DNA of 54,721 nucleotides from Girardia tigrina (Eukaryota): NCBI GenBank assembly GCA_001938485.1, contig MQRK01238145.1, positions 1 to 54,721 of the forward strand, read 5' to 3'. Shown piece by piece: positions 37,831 to 51,148 of this stretch (position 1 is its first letter; each line of letters starts with the position of its first letter). The notes under the pieces were generated by a model. It saw only the letters and a program-made list of their open reading frames with translations, ran no database searches and was not told where the DNA came from. The position numbers and the translations under genes were made by a program.

Positions 37831-38233
37831 GACAAACGAATGTGTTTAACGTTTATATCACAACAAAAATCAAATTATTCGTCGAGATTTATTTTGCAAT
37901 TTTACGATTTTAACGAATCCGTATCGCTGAGATCCTTTCTGACTCGCGGAGGCGCTGTGGGCGTCTCTGATTTGTGATCGGTGCGCGATCTCGACGACAC
38001 AGATCCCGTTTTAGCTGGCTTGACCTTTGACAAATACGTCAGAAAAGCGACCGGTGCACCGGTCGCCTGGTTACCGCTTTAGGTCACAGTACACTGTTCC
38101 CTCTGTGCGGAGTTCGCCAACAGTTATGATTTAGGGCGCAATTACTGCTATAGGTCACTGCGGTTTTTGGTTCTGCCCCAAGGGAACTACTATCACTTTG
38201 CCTATGTACAATATATATATATATATATATATA

Positions 38234-38693
38234 CACCTATCCCCCGATTTACACGGTACGTGTTTTACACGGTTTACTCAAATCTATCGAAGTATTTCTA
38301 GCACATAAAGATCTTTTTCCGGAGTCGCTTTTAAAGCAAGATGTTTTGGAATATATGCTGTTTAACTTCGAGTGATGAAAGTGAATTTGGACATTCGATT
38401 CCAAAAAAAAGAATTAGAGTAATTTCTGACAGTGATGAAGGATAATAAAACACCTTTGGTTTTATTTTTTATTCTTCTGTTTAATGTATTGTAATTAAAT
38501 AAAAAAACAGTGTTTCTGTAATATATTACATATTTTAACCTGTCAATGCATTTTATTTTTATTTCTGTGTACACATAAAAATATTGGAAAAAATCACAAC
38601 TGTTAAATTGTAAAATTATGCATTTTCTGCAAGCTTTTCGATTTACACAGTTTTCTCAGGAACGTATCTACCGAGTAAATCGGGGGATAGGTG
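38234..38693. mobile_element. pogo/Tigger-like MITE in a (TA)n tract
   Basis: 25-bp TIRs CACCTATCCCCCGATTTACACGGTA with one mismatch, TA repeats on both sides. Confidence 0.9.
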
Positions 38694-38752
<59 letters not shown>

Positions 38753-39619
38753 TTCAAAAAACTTGTTATATTTTAAAAATATAAAAAACGAAGAAAATCA
38801 TTTATTTACAAAACATATTTTACAAAAGAAAACTGTTAAAGATAATTATAAATGTAAAGAAAAAATATAATGGAAACGAAACACTTTTATTTTGATAATT
38901 CATTAAAGATTCAATGAAAAAATCCTTCTTTCGAAGTTCTTCTTCCGAATTGAGTTTGTTTCGCTTTCGACTTTAATGTAAATCTTCCCCACAAAATCTT
39001 AGTCAACATAAAATGTAGAGCCAAATTAATTTGTAATTAATTTGTCTGTCTAGAAACTATAAATTGGTTTCATTTTCAAAAAAAATAATTATTAATATTT
39101 AAAATTTTTTCAAACATATTTTAAAAAGAGATGTAAAATTTATTAAAATAAAAGTAGAAGAAAATTAAAGATTGATGTTTTTGTCAATTGATCGAAAAAT
39201 TGTTTTAATTAAAAAAATACATTTCATAGAATAAAATATTGTTTGACAATTTTTCAATTGGTTTTTGGCTAGATTTAATACCTCCAGAACTGGTAGTTCT
39301 CCAAGCTTGACCATAAATCGGAAGAAAGAAGAAAATTTATTTAAAATCTGTATTTTTAGAAGAACAAAAATTAAAATTCGACGTGTTTTTAATACAAGAA
39401 GGTTTTATATTTATGAATGTGTAGTAAAGAAAAACAAAAATCAAAAAATGTACACTAAAATGTATTTAACAACTGCTATGAAAAAATATAAAATATATAA
39501 ATAATATTTTAAAAACATAATGGAATTAATATAAAAATCTTGAAAAACAATTTCTATAAAAAATAATTTTTTAAATTAATTTTTAAAATAAATTTGGTTT
39601 GAAATAGATTTTGTTTACG

Positions 39620-41081
39620 TGGTACTTTAAAAAAATTGAAATTATATAATTCCTAGCTAACAAAACTTCTTTAATCCAGTCTTTACGTAACGATTTAATA
39701 GTCAATTTCAAAACGTATTATACCAGACGAACTTTTGTGAGGTATTATACCTCTATTTGGAAGAGACTATGAACTGAGGTGATTGCATACAATAATAAAA
39801 TTTCGACAATGGATGCAGAAATTTCCAGTATTATTGGTTTGTCTGATGAATTTGGAGAAAATTGATTTATTGATTTCGCCATCCTGATGATGTAAAAAAA
39901 TTATTTGCAGAACAGGAAATAGATGATAAAGAATGAATAAATCGAGTAAGGGAATTGATACCTGCTCCGAAAATTGACTCTGGCACCGAAAATAGTGAAA
40001 CAAATACATTCACTGCACAAGCACTCTGGAGAGCTTTTCGATTTGCAAGAAGATGTGTAAACTCAGTTTTAAGTATCGTTCCAAATGTTGAGCGTGCAGT
40101 TTAATTTTAACGAAATGGACTATAACTCTTTTGTTCAGTACGAATAAGTTTTAAAAGATTTGACGAAAAATAAAGATTATATCAATGACTTACAGACTTG
40201 ACAGGGAAGACAACAAAGGAAGCTATAACCAGTAATGAAATTGAGAGTGAGCAATATATTTCACATGAGAACGATGTAGGACCAGTTCGGGAAAAAAAGA
40301 CAAATTGTTTAAAAAGTTGATAGAGTCAGCGATTAATACTTTTATCGATTAAAAATTAATAGATTTTGCATTTTATCGCTAAAACTTATTCGAAAAACCT
40401 TTGAAAACATTTATGTTTTCTTTCTTCAAAATCATTAAAATATAACATCTTTGTATTTAGCATTGTTGGCGCCAGAGCAGGCGCAGCGCGGTGACTGCGT
40501 CCTGGGGTTTGGAAATCAGTGTTTCGGGAAGCTTAAGACACATAAATGCAGCTCCATCCACTACTTGATCAATAAATGTTCTCGTTAACTGATCTGTTCC
40601 TATGACTGACGATATAAGTTAAGATACTTCATGACTATTCCAATTGAAAATGGACTTATTATTATTCTTTTCTTTCATTTGATCTGAGATATTTGAACTG
40701 CGTTGTTTTTTATTTGGAAATCTTTTCATTTTTCTTTTCGTTTTTAAGTTTTTATTAATCTGAGCTTCGTGGATTATATGATTATTTTCTTCTTTTATCA
40801 TTTTCATTGACATTGTCATCAGATATTTCGCGAGATGATTTTTGTTCTTCAATTTTTCGAATTATTATTTTTAGGGTAATCTTCGATATGGCTCCCACCA
40901 TGCGAATTGAACAAGCATGATCTGATAGTTTCAGTTTAGTCGTATTTATGAGCGTATCTTTTGTTTTTTATGAGTTCCAAATATTGATTCACAAGAGCTT
41001 TAGTTTTCAAAATGGTTCCGCGTTTCAAGTTACATGGTTTTTCTGGAAACGTATCCGCTACGTAAACCGAGCGTTTGTTGT
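39620..41081 (+). mobile_element. Old pogo/Tigger-like remnant with an internal insertion (about 40465-40950)
   Basis: Right end GGAAACGTATCCGCTACGTAAACCGAGCGTTTGTTG-TA resembles the 38.6-kb MITE end; acidic decayed coding-like sequence upstream. Left boundary uncertain. Confidence 0.4.
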
Positions 41082-41510
41082 ATGATAATATTATAAGGAG
41101 TTAATTAAAATTTTCGATTTGCTGAATCATTTAAAATTTTACAAAAAGTAAATAATTATGTAAGACAAAAACAAAGTTTAAAATCTAAAAAATCTAAAAG
41201 TTGATATATTCAGTATAAAGTTTTAAAATAACAACTTGAAAAGAAGTAATAAAATAAATAAAAGTTATTGCGTAAATTTATAATATCAAGCTACTACAAA
41301 AGTATTTTTAAGAAATTAAATAGTTTTTTTACAAATTAATTTTAAAATTAGATGTTTATATAAATTGAAAAATTAATTTTACTGTGCTTGGAAAATATTT
41401 TAAAAATACATCATAAAGAATTTGTTTAAATAAAAATTTCAAAAATAGAATGGATTTAATAATAAAAAATTTAAATTTTACAAATTGATTGCATTTTATT
41501 TAAATTGAAT

Positions 41511-41933
41511 TGTGAGGAATATTTTTGAATGATGTTTATTGTGTGTTGTTTGGTATGTTGTTTTAGGATTGTGTTTCTCCCACCCAGATGGAAGATTGAT
41601 ATTTTAAATATTTTAAAACGTTGGGTTATTTAATCAATTATGAAAATTTAAACAACTAATTTTAAAATTAAATTAATATTTCATAAATAAAATTTTAATA
41701 ATAATTTTCTTAAAATAAATAAAATTATTTTAAATTTAAAGTATAAATTATTTTTGAAATAATTAAATTGTAATTTAAATTTGTTTGAATAGTAAGACGT
41801 TAAAGAATATTATTAAAGATTATCAATCAAGAAGGATGATGAGCTACGCAAGTTTTACGGAGAATTGTTCTAGTGGCAATTCAAATTGTGATATAAATAA
41901 ATGTAAAGAATACCCAATTAATGTTCTTAATAG
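41511..41933 (+). repeat. Bipartite cassette family, copy E
   Basis: Collinear and near-identical to 2529-2953 in module 1 and spacer; TATCAATCAAGAAGGATG at 41821. Confidence 0.92.
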
Positions 41934-41997
41934 GAATAAATTAATTTTATTCGTAATAAAATTTTATAAAAGCATTTTAAAAATAATAAAAGTTTGA
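41836..41997 (+). CDS. Candidate micropeptide MMSYASFTENCSSGNSNCDINKCKEYPINVLNR... (53 aa), cassette copy E
   Basis: ATG 15 nt after the start of TATCAATC; gap-free alignment with copies A, B, C. Confidence 0.3.
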   Translation: MMSYASFTENCSSGNSNCDINKCKEYPINVLNRNKLILFVIKFYKSILKIIKV

Positions 41998-43984
41998 ACT
42001 GATAAAAAATCAAAAATATGTCATAGAATATAATAAATTATTTTTAAGTTAAAAATATTTTTCCAAATTAATTAGGTTTTATTAGAAATGGAATAAATTA
42101 ATTTTATGTTTAATATATTTTATTTATAAAAGTAATAAAAGCTTGATTAAATAAAATTTCAAAAAAAAGTTTATATCATAAAATTGAAAGTAGAATAAAA
42201 TTATGGGCGAAACGAAAATTGGTTTGAAAATCTCTAGTTGTGATAGTAATAAAACTTGGGTGGTGAGTTTATCCCTTTGAATCTATTGATAATGAAAGTG
42301 GTATAAACGCTACTTACATTTTTAATTTGATAAATAAAATTTTGAATAGGTAAAATGATTGTTAAATTAAGAAACGAAGTATAAAATCTGTTAAAAATTT
42401 GTTAATAATAAAATATTCTTTTTGCTATTTATTACTTTGATTATTGATTTAAATAACATGCATATGGTCAGGTAAACCGTTTCATGGTTCCATCAAATGT
42501 ATAGTATATTATAGTATAGTATATTTGTTTAAATATTAAAATATGCAAAAATGTAAAAAAAAGTTTACGCTCTGAAAATAGGTTAGAATTTAGTTCTAGT
42601 AAAAACTTATTATAAATGAACCATTCAATCTTTTTATCTTGTCATCAAGTTATTTAAATCACTATTCAACAAACTTAAAAAATCGTATCCTTATACTTTT
42701 AAAAAATATATCAAAAATTTTGAATATTTTTTAAAATATTTTTTGTAGAATTAGAAATTTCCTTTACAGTTTAAAAATATTCAAAAACGAGAAAAAATAT
42801 CACAACACTTTAACTATTAATTAAGTAGGACTAGGAGAAATCGTAGAAAGAAAAAGAACGACTGTAATTCTGCCTAGAAATATTTTATTTTTTTCAATTA
42901 CAAGAACTACAAATATTCTAATACAAAAAAATTAACCTTTTTGATGACAAGAAAAAACCTTTTTTTCATAATAATATAATTTGCAATAATAAATAGCATT
43001 GTTTAAATAAAGAACACCTGGACTTTAAAGCAAAGAAGGTTTTATTAAGATTTAAAAATGTTGAGTGTACAAAACTGAACATTTTCTTTTAAAGCAAAAC
43101 CTTTTGTGTAAACCCTGTAAATGTAAATATAGTATTGATTTTTAAAATAACAACTTATGACATTTTTAACAAGCATTTTAAATACACGCATTTTAAACCA
43201 AATAAATTAAAATTTAAAAAAGTCTAAATGAAAGTTTATCGGGATTAAATTAAGGTGTAAACCGATTAATGTATCTACAATTAGAGTTTCTTCCATTTTA
43301 AATATCCAAATTTTCTGAAGTCATATTTATCGTAAAACTTTATTAATGACAATAATAAACATATATAAACAAATTTCTTTTTAATTTAATCATTTCACCA
43401 AAATCAATCTATTAAAGTTTTATATGAATTTAATTTGTAAAATTTAATTTATTATAATAAACTTTTTGTAATTATAACTAGTTTTTAATAAAATTTGATC
43501 ATAAAACTATTACATTTAAATTTACCGCAAGCCTTTTATCAAGAAAAATATTTCTTAAAATATTATCAATTTTAATCCGTTTATTATTTGTTTTAAAATT
43601 AATATTTCAAAACGTTTATTAAAATATATCAATTGTTATGAATTAATTAAATTTTTGTTGGCTTTCTATTAAAGATTATTTTTAATTTAAAACTTTTTGT
43701 ATTTATGTTTTTGAACTTTCAAATTTAAAAAAATTAATAAATTAATTTGGCGAAGTAAACTAACAATTCATAGTATTAAAACATTCTATTAATATACAAA
43801 AACGTTGTATTAATATTGATAAACATTGTGTTCTTATGTAAAACCTTGTAATAATATATAATAACCTTGTAGAAACCTATAAACCTATAACCTATAGAAA
43901 CCCATTATTATATAAAAACCAACCATAAGTTTCTCCAATCAAACACATCATATTTCAATACAAATCCTCTGTAAATCAATCATA

Positions 43985-45187
43985 TTAGGTTTTCCTAAAA
44001 GTTCCCGGTCAATAATGAAAATACAATTTTTTTAATTTCTTTTTTGCATTATTCATTTGATATGGATATATATCGATTTTTTTAGTATTATATGTATTAC
44101 AAGAACAAAACTTGAAATCCGTGTGTTGCTGCTTCACTATTGTAAGAAAGGCTTGACAACACGAGATGCTGCCAATGCAATTTGCAAAGTTGTAAGTACT
44201 CAAACGGTCGGAAAAGTACGGCACTTGATTGGTTAAAGCGTTTCAATAAGGTAACTTTGACTTGAATGACAGTCCTCGTTCTGAATGACCAACAAAATTA
44301 GATAGCGATGACTTGCAAGGAGAGTTGGAATGAAGCCTTCCTTCGTCTAGCACTCGCGATTTGGTATTTTAGCTTGGTGTTGGCAAGTCAACCGTACATT
44401 GGCATTTGAAGCAGCTCGACTTTGTGTACAAGAAACCGAGTCAAGATTCACACGAACTCACCAAAGCATAGGCCGATAAAAGAGTCAAAATTTTCCTACA
44501 ACTGCTACAGAATCCACGAGATGACCGCTTTTGGAAACGAATTGTGATATCGGATGAGAAGTAGGTCTACCTGGTCAACCACAATCAAGACAAGCGATGG
44601 GTTCCACCGGGTCAAGCAACGCCATCAGTTCTAAAACAAGATCGATTTGACTAGAAAATCATGTTGTGCTTCTGGTGGAACTTTGAGTTGGTTTAGAACG
44701 GTCAGGCTATCAATGCAGAGCTCTATAGTCAACAACTGGACCGTGTCTAAGAGAAGCTCAAGGAGAAGTATACTGCCTTAATCAACCGAAAACGTGCACT
44801 GCTTCAGCAAGACAATGCCAAGCCCCATTAGACCAAGAAGACCACGGGTAGGTTCCAAGAGTTGGATGGAATTGAAATCCTGCCGCATCCTTATTACAGC
44901 CCTGATTGCGCTCCATCCGACTATGGCTTTTTCCGATCCATGCAACACTTCTTGAAAGACCACCGATTCGAAGCATTTGATGAAGTTGAACAAGCATGTC
45001 AAGATTTCTTCAATTCGAAGCCTGCGGAATCGTACTTGAAAGAGATCCGAAAGCTTGCAGACCGTTGTCAGAAAGTAGTCGAAAACGATAAACTGCATTT
45101 TGACGATTAATTGTTATTTTTTAAATACATTCTTGCACAAAAAATTGTATTTTTCATTCTTGACCGGGAACCTTTAGGACAACCTAA
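43985..45187 (+). mobile_element. Full-length decayed mariner (DD34D)
   Basis: TIRs TTAGGTTTTCCTAAAAGTTCCCGGTCAA / TTGACCGGGAACCTTTAGGACAACCTAA with TA TSD; IVISDEK, LQQDNAKPH, HPYYSPDCAPSDYGFFRSMQHFL. Confidence 0.93.
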
Positions 45188-46299
45188 TAAAAAATCCTTC
45201 TTTATAATAATGTTAAAATGTTTTTGAAGAATTATAACATTTTTGACAGTTTAAAAATTTTGTAAAACGAGTGGGAATATCACAGCACTTTAACTATTAA
45301 TTAAGTAGGAATAAGAGGAATCAGAGAAGGAAAAAACAAAATAATTACCTTTCTTAAATAAACTAAATTTATGAGATTTTTCTTTGTAGCTAATTATTTT
45401 TGCCATCTTCTTTTCTTCTCAACGAGGAGACAATTAAAAGCAATTTAAGTCACCTTTTTATGGGGTGAAAAAGCTTATATGGAGTTTGAAATGCGCATTT
45501 AATTGCCACATTTTGTCGAAAAATGGAACGATCAAAATTAAAAGTTTTGAGTCCGAAAATCGATAAAATCTTTTTTTTTGATTTTAGATTTGTTTTATTG
45601 TTTTTATGACTTTTATTTGTCAATTAAAATTGAATCGTAAAAAATAACGGAATTTTAAAACGAAAATTTCGTTAATATCTTCTATGATAAAAATATTTTG
45701 ATTTATTATTAAAAAAATAATTTAATTTAAAAAGAATTAAGTTTTCTTTATTTTGTAATTTATCATAAAAAATTCTAAAAATTGACAAATATTTACAGGT
45801 ATAAGAATAGATAAATATATATTTTTTTCTTTTTTATATAAAATCAAACACTGTTGTTAAATATCGTTTCTTAAACTAAGCTTCGTCAGTATAGCAAAAA
45901 TTATAATTATCAGACAATGTTATTTAAAGTATTCAACATTTGAATCACTACAATGTTGACCTTTTTCAGCTATATTTCAATACATTGATACAGAGATTCT
46001 GGATCCTTTAATTCCAAGAAAACTGTCAATTATATTTGTAAATAATCAACGTTTTAAAACTGTTCTTTCTTGAGGAAAAAGTCAAGGGATCAGGAGAGCT
46101 TAAAGCCGTAAAGAGACTAGTCAGGCAAGTTCAGTAAATGTTCAAAACAGTGGTAAACTAAATTAAGGCCTCAAAAAAATCAGTCTAAAAAGCCAGTCCA
46201 AAGCTTTAACATTCTTTTTGAATTTACAAAACATATAAATTAAATTTAAGTGTCCTGTCTATTAGACTTCCGGCAGTCTCCAAGTTGTTTCAGAGACTT

Positions 46300-47375
46300 A
46301 AATTTAATTAATTTAAAATTCTTTCCCAAAAAAATTCATTTATTCGTTTTTCAAAATTTCTTCAATAGTTTGGATCGTCTACAAATAAGAATGCTCAGCA
46401 ATGACTCAGATCGCTAATGAAACGACTGAGCACTGCCTCTGATTGCATAAACTATCAGTGCGACTCATTCGATATCTCAACCAATTCGGTCATCATTTAA
46501 TTTTATTGGCAAACTCGGTTCATTTTCAAATCCAGACGAAGAATATTTTAAAGAAAGTTGTCTTTTGTTTGATGAAATCATCTGGTCTAGAGAGAATACA
46601 TCTGAGTGATACGGGTTGGTTAACCGTCACAACAACTTGTACTATGTCAGTGTTAATTCTGAACTAGCAATTAAAAAAGGTTTAACTCTGATGGTGTTTG
46701 CATGTTGGCTTGAGTATATGACACCTTTCCTTTGAAGATACAGTTACTTGCAATGTTGCAGACTCAGTATATGCGAATTTTCAGCATGAAACTTTTATCT
46801 TTTAACAAGATACGGCTACCCTCCACCATATCACAGAGTTCAGAGATTGGCTTGAGACAAAATTCTCTAGGCACTGAATTAGTCTTTCATGGAAGTTTCA
46901 TGAAACTGCAACTAGGAACACCCGATATAAATGTATCTGATTTTATACTTAGTTTCATTGAGAATCAAGTGAATAAAACAAGAATTAAAGCAATACAATA
47001 GAATTCTCCAGTATAGATCCTAATTTTCTTCGTATAGTACTTTAAATGAGTGACCAGTCGACTTGCGAAAAATTAGAACACTAATTAGAACATTTTGTTT
47101 GATTGAACATAACATTTTGTCATTCTTTTAATAAAGGAAAAAAGTTGTTTGTTGTGATATAAAAAATGCATTGATATCAATCTATTACTTACGTCTACTC
47201 CGGTAAACATAAATACTTCAGTCATGCGAGATTTTGTGAATTTTTTACGTTTTTAAAATTTCCTGAAACATTTACCTCACTTTCTACTAGAATTTGAAGA
47301 AATATTTTTAAAATAACTGAATTGAAGTTTCATATTGGTTAGTATAACAGAGGACAGTATTTTCAAGGGACCCTA
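46300..47375 (+). mobile_element. Old rosa/Tc1-like transposon remnant
   Basis: Decayed motifs near FDE...VNRHN, QDTATLH and GTPDINVSDF; right end GGACAGTATTTTCAAGGGACCCTA-TA. Confidence 0.55.
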
Positions 47376-47503
47376 TAAATAATAATCTTAATAATAAGTT
47401 ACGTAAAATAAGGTCTTTGAAAACCAAACAAAATTTATTACTAAAATGAAAATGCAAATAATAATAATAAATAATGGTAATAAATAAATATATGATGTAA
47501 TTA

Positions 47504-48748
47504 TTACGCTGAGTAAAAAGTTATTTCGGTTTTTGCTGATAGATGGCAATAAGAGTCAGATTCGCATATAAACATCAATTGTTTTGAAGGTTATTAAAAG
47601 ATAAAGTTCTCAAGTTGTGTTTTAAGATAACCTTTGCTTAATTAAATAAAATAATTATTATTTTGCGTTGGCGTAAAAATAGAAAACAATAAACATTATT
47701 TTCGATGTTTGATGATTCACTATTACCACAAAGGTAACGATGCGTCGCAAACTAATAATAAAATTTATTCCGTATACGGTGAAAGTACTGTAAGTGATAG
47801 AGTGGGCCAAAATTGGTTTTCTAAATTTTCTGCTGGTAATTCTTCATGTCAAGATAGTAAGCGTTCTGGCAGATCATCAGTGGTTGACGATGATCAACTC
47901 AAGACATTCATTAAAAATAATGCATGATATACGACTCGGAAAATTAAAGAAATAGTCAAAATACCCCAAAACATATTTGAATCGTTTACAAACTCTGGGT
48001 AATTTAAATAGGCACGATATTTGAATACCTCATATTTTAAGTTAAAAAAACTTAATGAATCGCGTGTTTATTTGTGATTCATTGATGAAAAGAAACAAAA
48101 AAGTGTCATTTCTGAAACATATGATAACATGTGAAGAAAAGTGGGTTGTTTCCCATAATGTAGAGCGTAAACACTCATGGGTAAAACAAGTTACATCTCC
48201 AGAAACTATAGCAAAGAGAAATATTCATGCAAAAGTCATGTTTTGTATCTGGTCGGATATTAAAGGTGAAGTTTTGTTTTCTCTATTAATTCTTCTAAAT
48301 ATTGTGCACAACTTGATTCACTGAAGGCAACAATCGATGTAAAACGGCCAGAACCAGCTAACCGCTTTTTTGTAATTTTCTACGCTAGGCCTCACATATT
48401 TTTAGCGACACAGCAAAAATAACACCAGTTTGGCCTGGATGTTCTGCTTCACTCCACCTTATACCCCCATAATATCACCTTCAGATTTCACTTTATTTAT
48501 ATCTCCTCAAAATTATTTAAATGAAAAAAATCAATTCTTTGAGAGAGTGTAAAAATCACTTTGAACAATTTTTTGTCTAGACACCAAAAACGTTCTGGGA
48601 GGATGGAATCCTCAATTTATCATCAAGATGGCAAAAGACTATTATTAAAAATGACGCAAAATTAATTTAATAAAAACATTTTTCCATAAAAATTGGTTTC
48701 AATTATTTTTTATCCAAAAATACGAAATTACTTTTTTACTCAACCCAA
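47504..48748 (+). mobile_element. Full-length decayed mariner (mellifera-like)
   Basis: TIRs TTACGCTGAGTAAAAAGTTATTTCG / CGAAATTACTTTTTTACTCAACCCAA with TA TSD; KIYSVYGE...QNWFSKF..RSGR, MITCEEKWV, KVMFCIW. Confidence 0.9.
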
Positions 48749-50804
48749 TAATTAATTGATTGATTAAAGCATTATTTTAATTTGTAAATTTTCTTAAACT
48801 TATATAAAATAAAATATTAAATTTTGATAATTTTTTTCATATTAAGTAAACGAATTTCTACAAATAATGAGACGGGAAACGTTTCCTAATTAGAGTTGAA
48901 AAACATTCAATTTATTTGCTCATTTTTGTTGAAAAAGTCAGAGCTAATGGAATATCGAAGAAGTTATTCTAAAACCGGATAATAAAGGAATAAATAAGGA
49001 AATCTTTCACTCTTAATGAACCATTTTTGCTACTTTCCATTTATTTTAGCGAGGTTTAGTATAGATTCTAACTTAATGAATTTTTAATAAGCGTAAATCG
49101 TTTATTAAAGATTTTCCTTTACATTTATTTTCTAAAAGTTAATTCGAAAAGTTTTGCTTATAGAACTGAGTTCGTTGCAAGAGAATACACATTTAAAATT
49201 AATAAAATTCAGTTTTTAGTATCCAAAAACTCTGAGTTTCGGATTGATGGAGTTCGGTTAGGAAGTTATTCATAATTTTCGGGGCAATAAAGAATGTATG
49301 GTAGAGAATATTTTGTGTTAAGGTCTTCTCTTATTTTCTTTCAGTAATAAAAACCACCTCTCTAAGTACCTTGTGACAAAGATTATTATCATTATATATA
49401 TTTAAGTCAGTCAATCCCATTAATGTACTATCGAAACACGGAAAGTGAATAACCATGCCTTATCAACGATACAAAACAAGGATGGTGGCACGTTTGCTAA
49501 ACGAAAGGTATAGATGAATTGCTGTCATTAATAGTATCGAAAGTTATCTACACTCGATGCAAAGTGCGTTTGAGAAGCAGAGGTATTTGGGTTTTAACTT
49601 CGAGTACACTCTTTTCGCTATTTCGCAATTTGGTCTGGACATTCTTCGAGAGAAATTTAAAAGTAATATTGGTATTTCTAAATAAATTTTTGATTGTTGT
49701 TTCTTCATATTTGGCAATTTGGGATAGTTCGAATACCAAATCCATATCACAAAATATTTGCTATCAATTCCTGTAATTCCGGCTCTAATTATTTGGAAAC
49801 TAAACCGACCATTTTGAGCAGCTAAACTAAGCTTTATTTCAGAACCTGCTTTTGAGTTTCGGACTTATTTCTCTGATTCTTTCACATGAATTTAAATTTG
49901 TATGGATTGTTGTGATCGCAGGGACACTAGATTCAAATTTTGATCATCATGCGAAGAATAATTTCAAATTTACAATTTAGGTCAATACCAATATCATCCA
50001 TAAATGCTGTGTCGACATCCTTCCACATGCTACCATAAATCACCGCAAAAATACCAAAATCATCAGTAAACCAATATCCTTGACATTGTATTGTGTTGTA
50101 AAAATACTATCATTATTCATTGATCCTTAAAATATAGTTAATGAATAAAAATTCTTTAATTGCGTGGTCCCAGTTATTTCGTGTTCATTTAAACGTGTAG
50201 TGAATGTTAAAGAATATCGGGGGTTAGAATGGGTCTTGTGCTTTTTCTACGGGTCGAATTGTAACTTTTGAATGTCACATTTTTTTAAAAAAAATATAAA
50301 ATATGAATTTCCTTTAAAAATATAAATATGAGACAATAAATATTACTGAAATTATATTTTAATAAATATATTTTAATTGCTATTTTTTATGCAAAATTCA
50401 GTTTTCTCCTGTTGATTCGAATAAATAGTTTCAGAATTTCAATTTCAATAAACCGTTTTTGAAAGGGTGACAAATTGTAGTAAAAAACTATAGTTTCTTG
50501 AGAGAAAATGCACAAATTTATTGATATCAAGCTCCCAAAAGTATATTTTAACGGGCGTGCTAAATAAAATATTTAAAGTTATAAATTAAGGAAGAAGAAA
50601 ACTTCAAAAACTACTGATATTCTAAAACTTACAATTATCCCCTGGGGGATTGTTCTATTTTTTTAAAAAGTTGGAAAAACATGGACATGGGGGATTATTA
50701 GAAATTTTTAAAAATCAAAAGAAATTTTTTAGAAAATCAAATTTATTTATCAATTTCTGAATAGCTAGATTCCGAATAGTCCTCACCATCAAGAACTTTA
50801 TGAT

Positions 50805-51040
50805 TTATACTAGCACAATATTTTGTGCTAAATTTGATACCAAATTGTACATTTTGGCATTGAGCAAGCTCATTCCTTCATCTAAGAAACATGAATAAAA
50901 ACTTTTTATAATCAGTTCTTTTGAAAGAGTATCCCAAACAATATTAACCCATTTTGAAATCAGCTCGCATGGCGGAAGTTTTTTTCTACCAGATTTTGCA
51001 TGCTCACAAGCATCAGATTGAAATATAGAGTAAAGGTTAA
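50805..51040 (-). pseudogene. pogo-type (DDE_1) transposase C-terminal fragment
   Basis: KSGRKKLPPCELISKWVNIVWDTLSKELIIKSFYSC matches the SG-x-K-x-P...WV..AW..I....I.KSF..C pattern. Confidence 0.65.
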
Positions 51041-51118
51041 GCTTTACAGTAAATTTAAATATGAATCTTTTTATTAATGATTTTCTAAATATTTCAAACA
51101 ATGAATATTAAATACATT

Positions 51119-51148
51119 AAAAACGAGATTTCTTTTGCATCAACCTAA
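51119..51148. mobile_element. Solo right TIR of the 32.6-kb mariner family
   Basis: AAAAACGAGATTTCTTTTGCATCAACCTAA-TA, one mismatch to 33865-33894. Confidence 0.85.

Noticed and set aside
37830-38210. GC-rich block as a solo LTR
   Set aside because: Only one TG end is visible; no TSD or partner copy in the window.
40467-40485. TGGCGCCAGAGCAGG as an LTR primer-binding site
   Set aside because: Resembles a tRNA-Lys PBS but is not preceded by an LTR CA end, and no gag-pol follows on that strand.
41836-41900. Module 2 as a C/D snoRNA, SECIS or spliced-leader RNA
   Set aside because: ATGATGA occurs only in copy E, there is no CTGA D box, SECIS spacing does not fit, and there is no conserved G|GT donor.
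49390-50100. Decayed minus-strand coding-like region
   Set aside because: Many stops and no motif I can assign.
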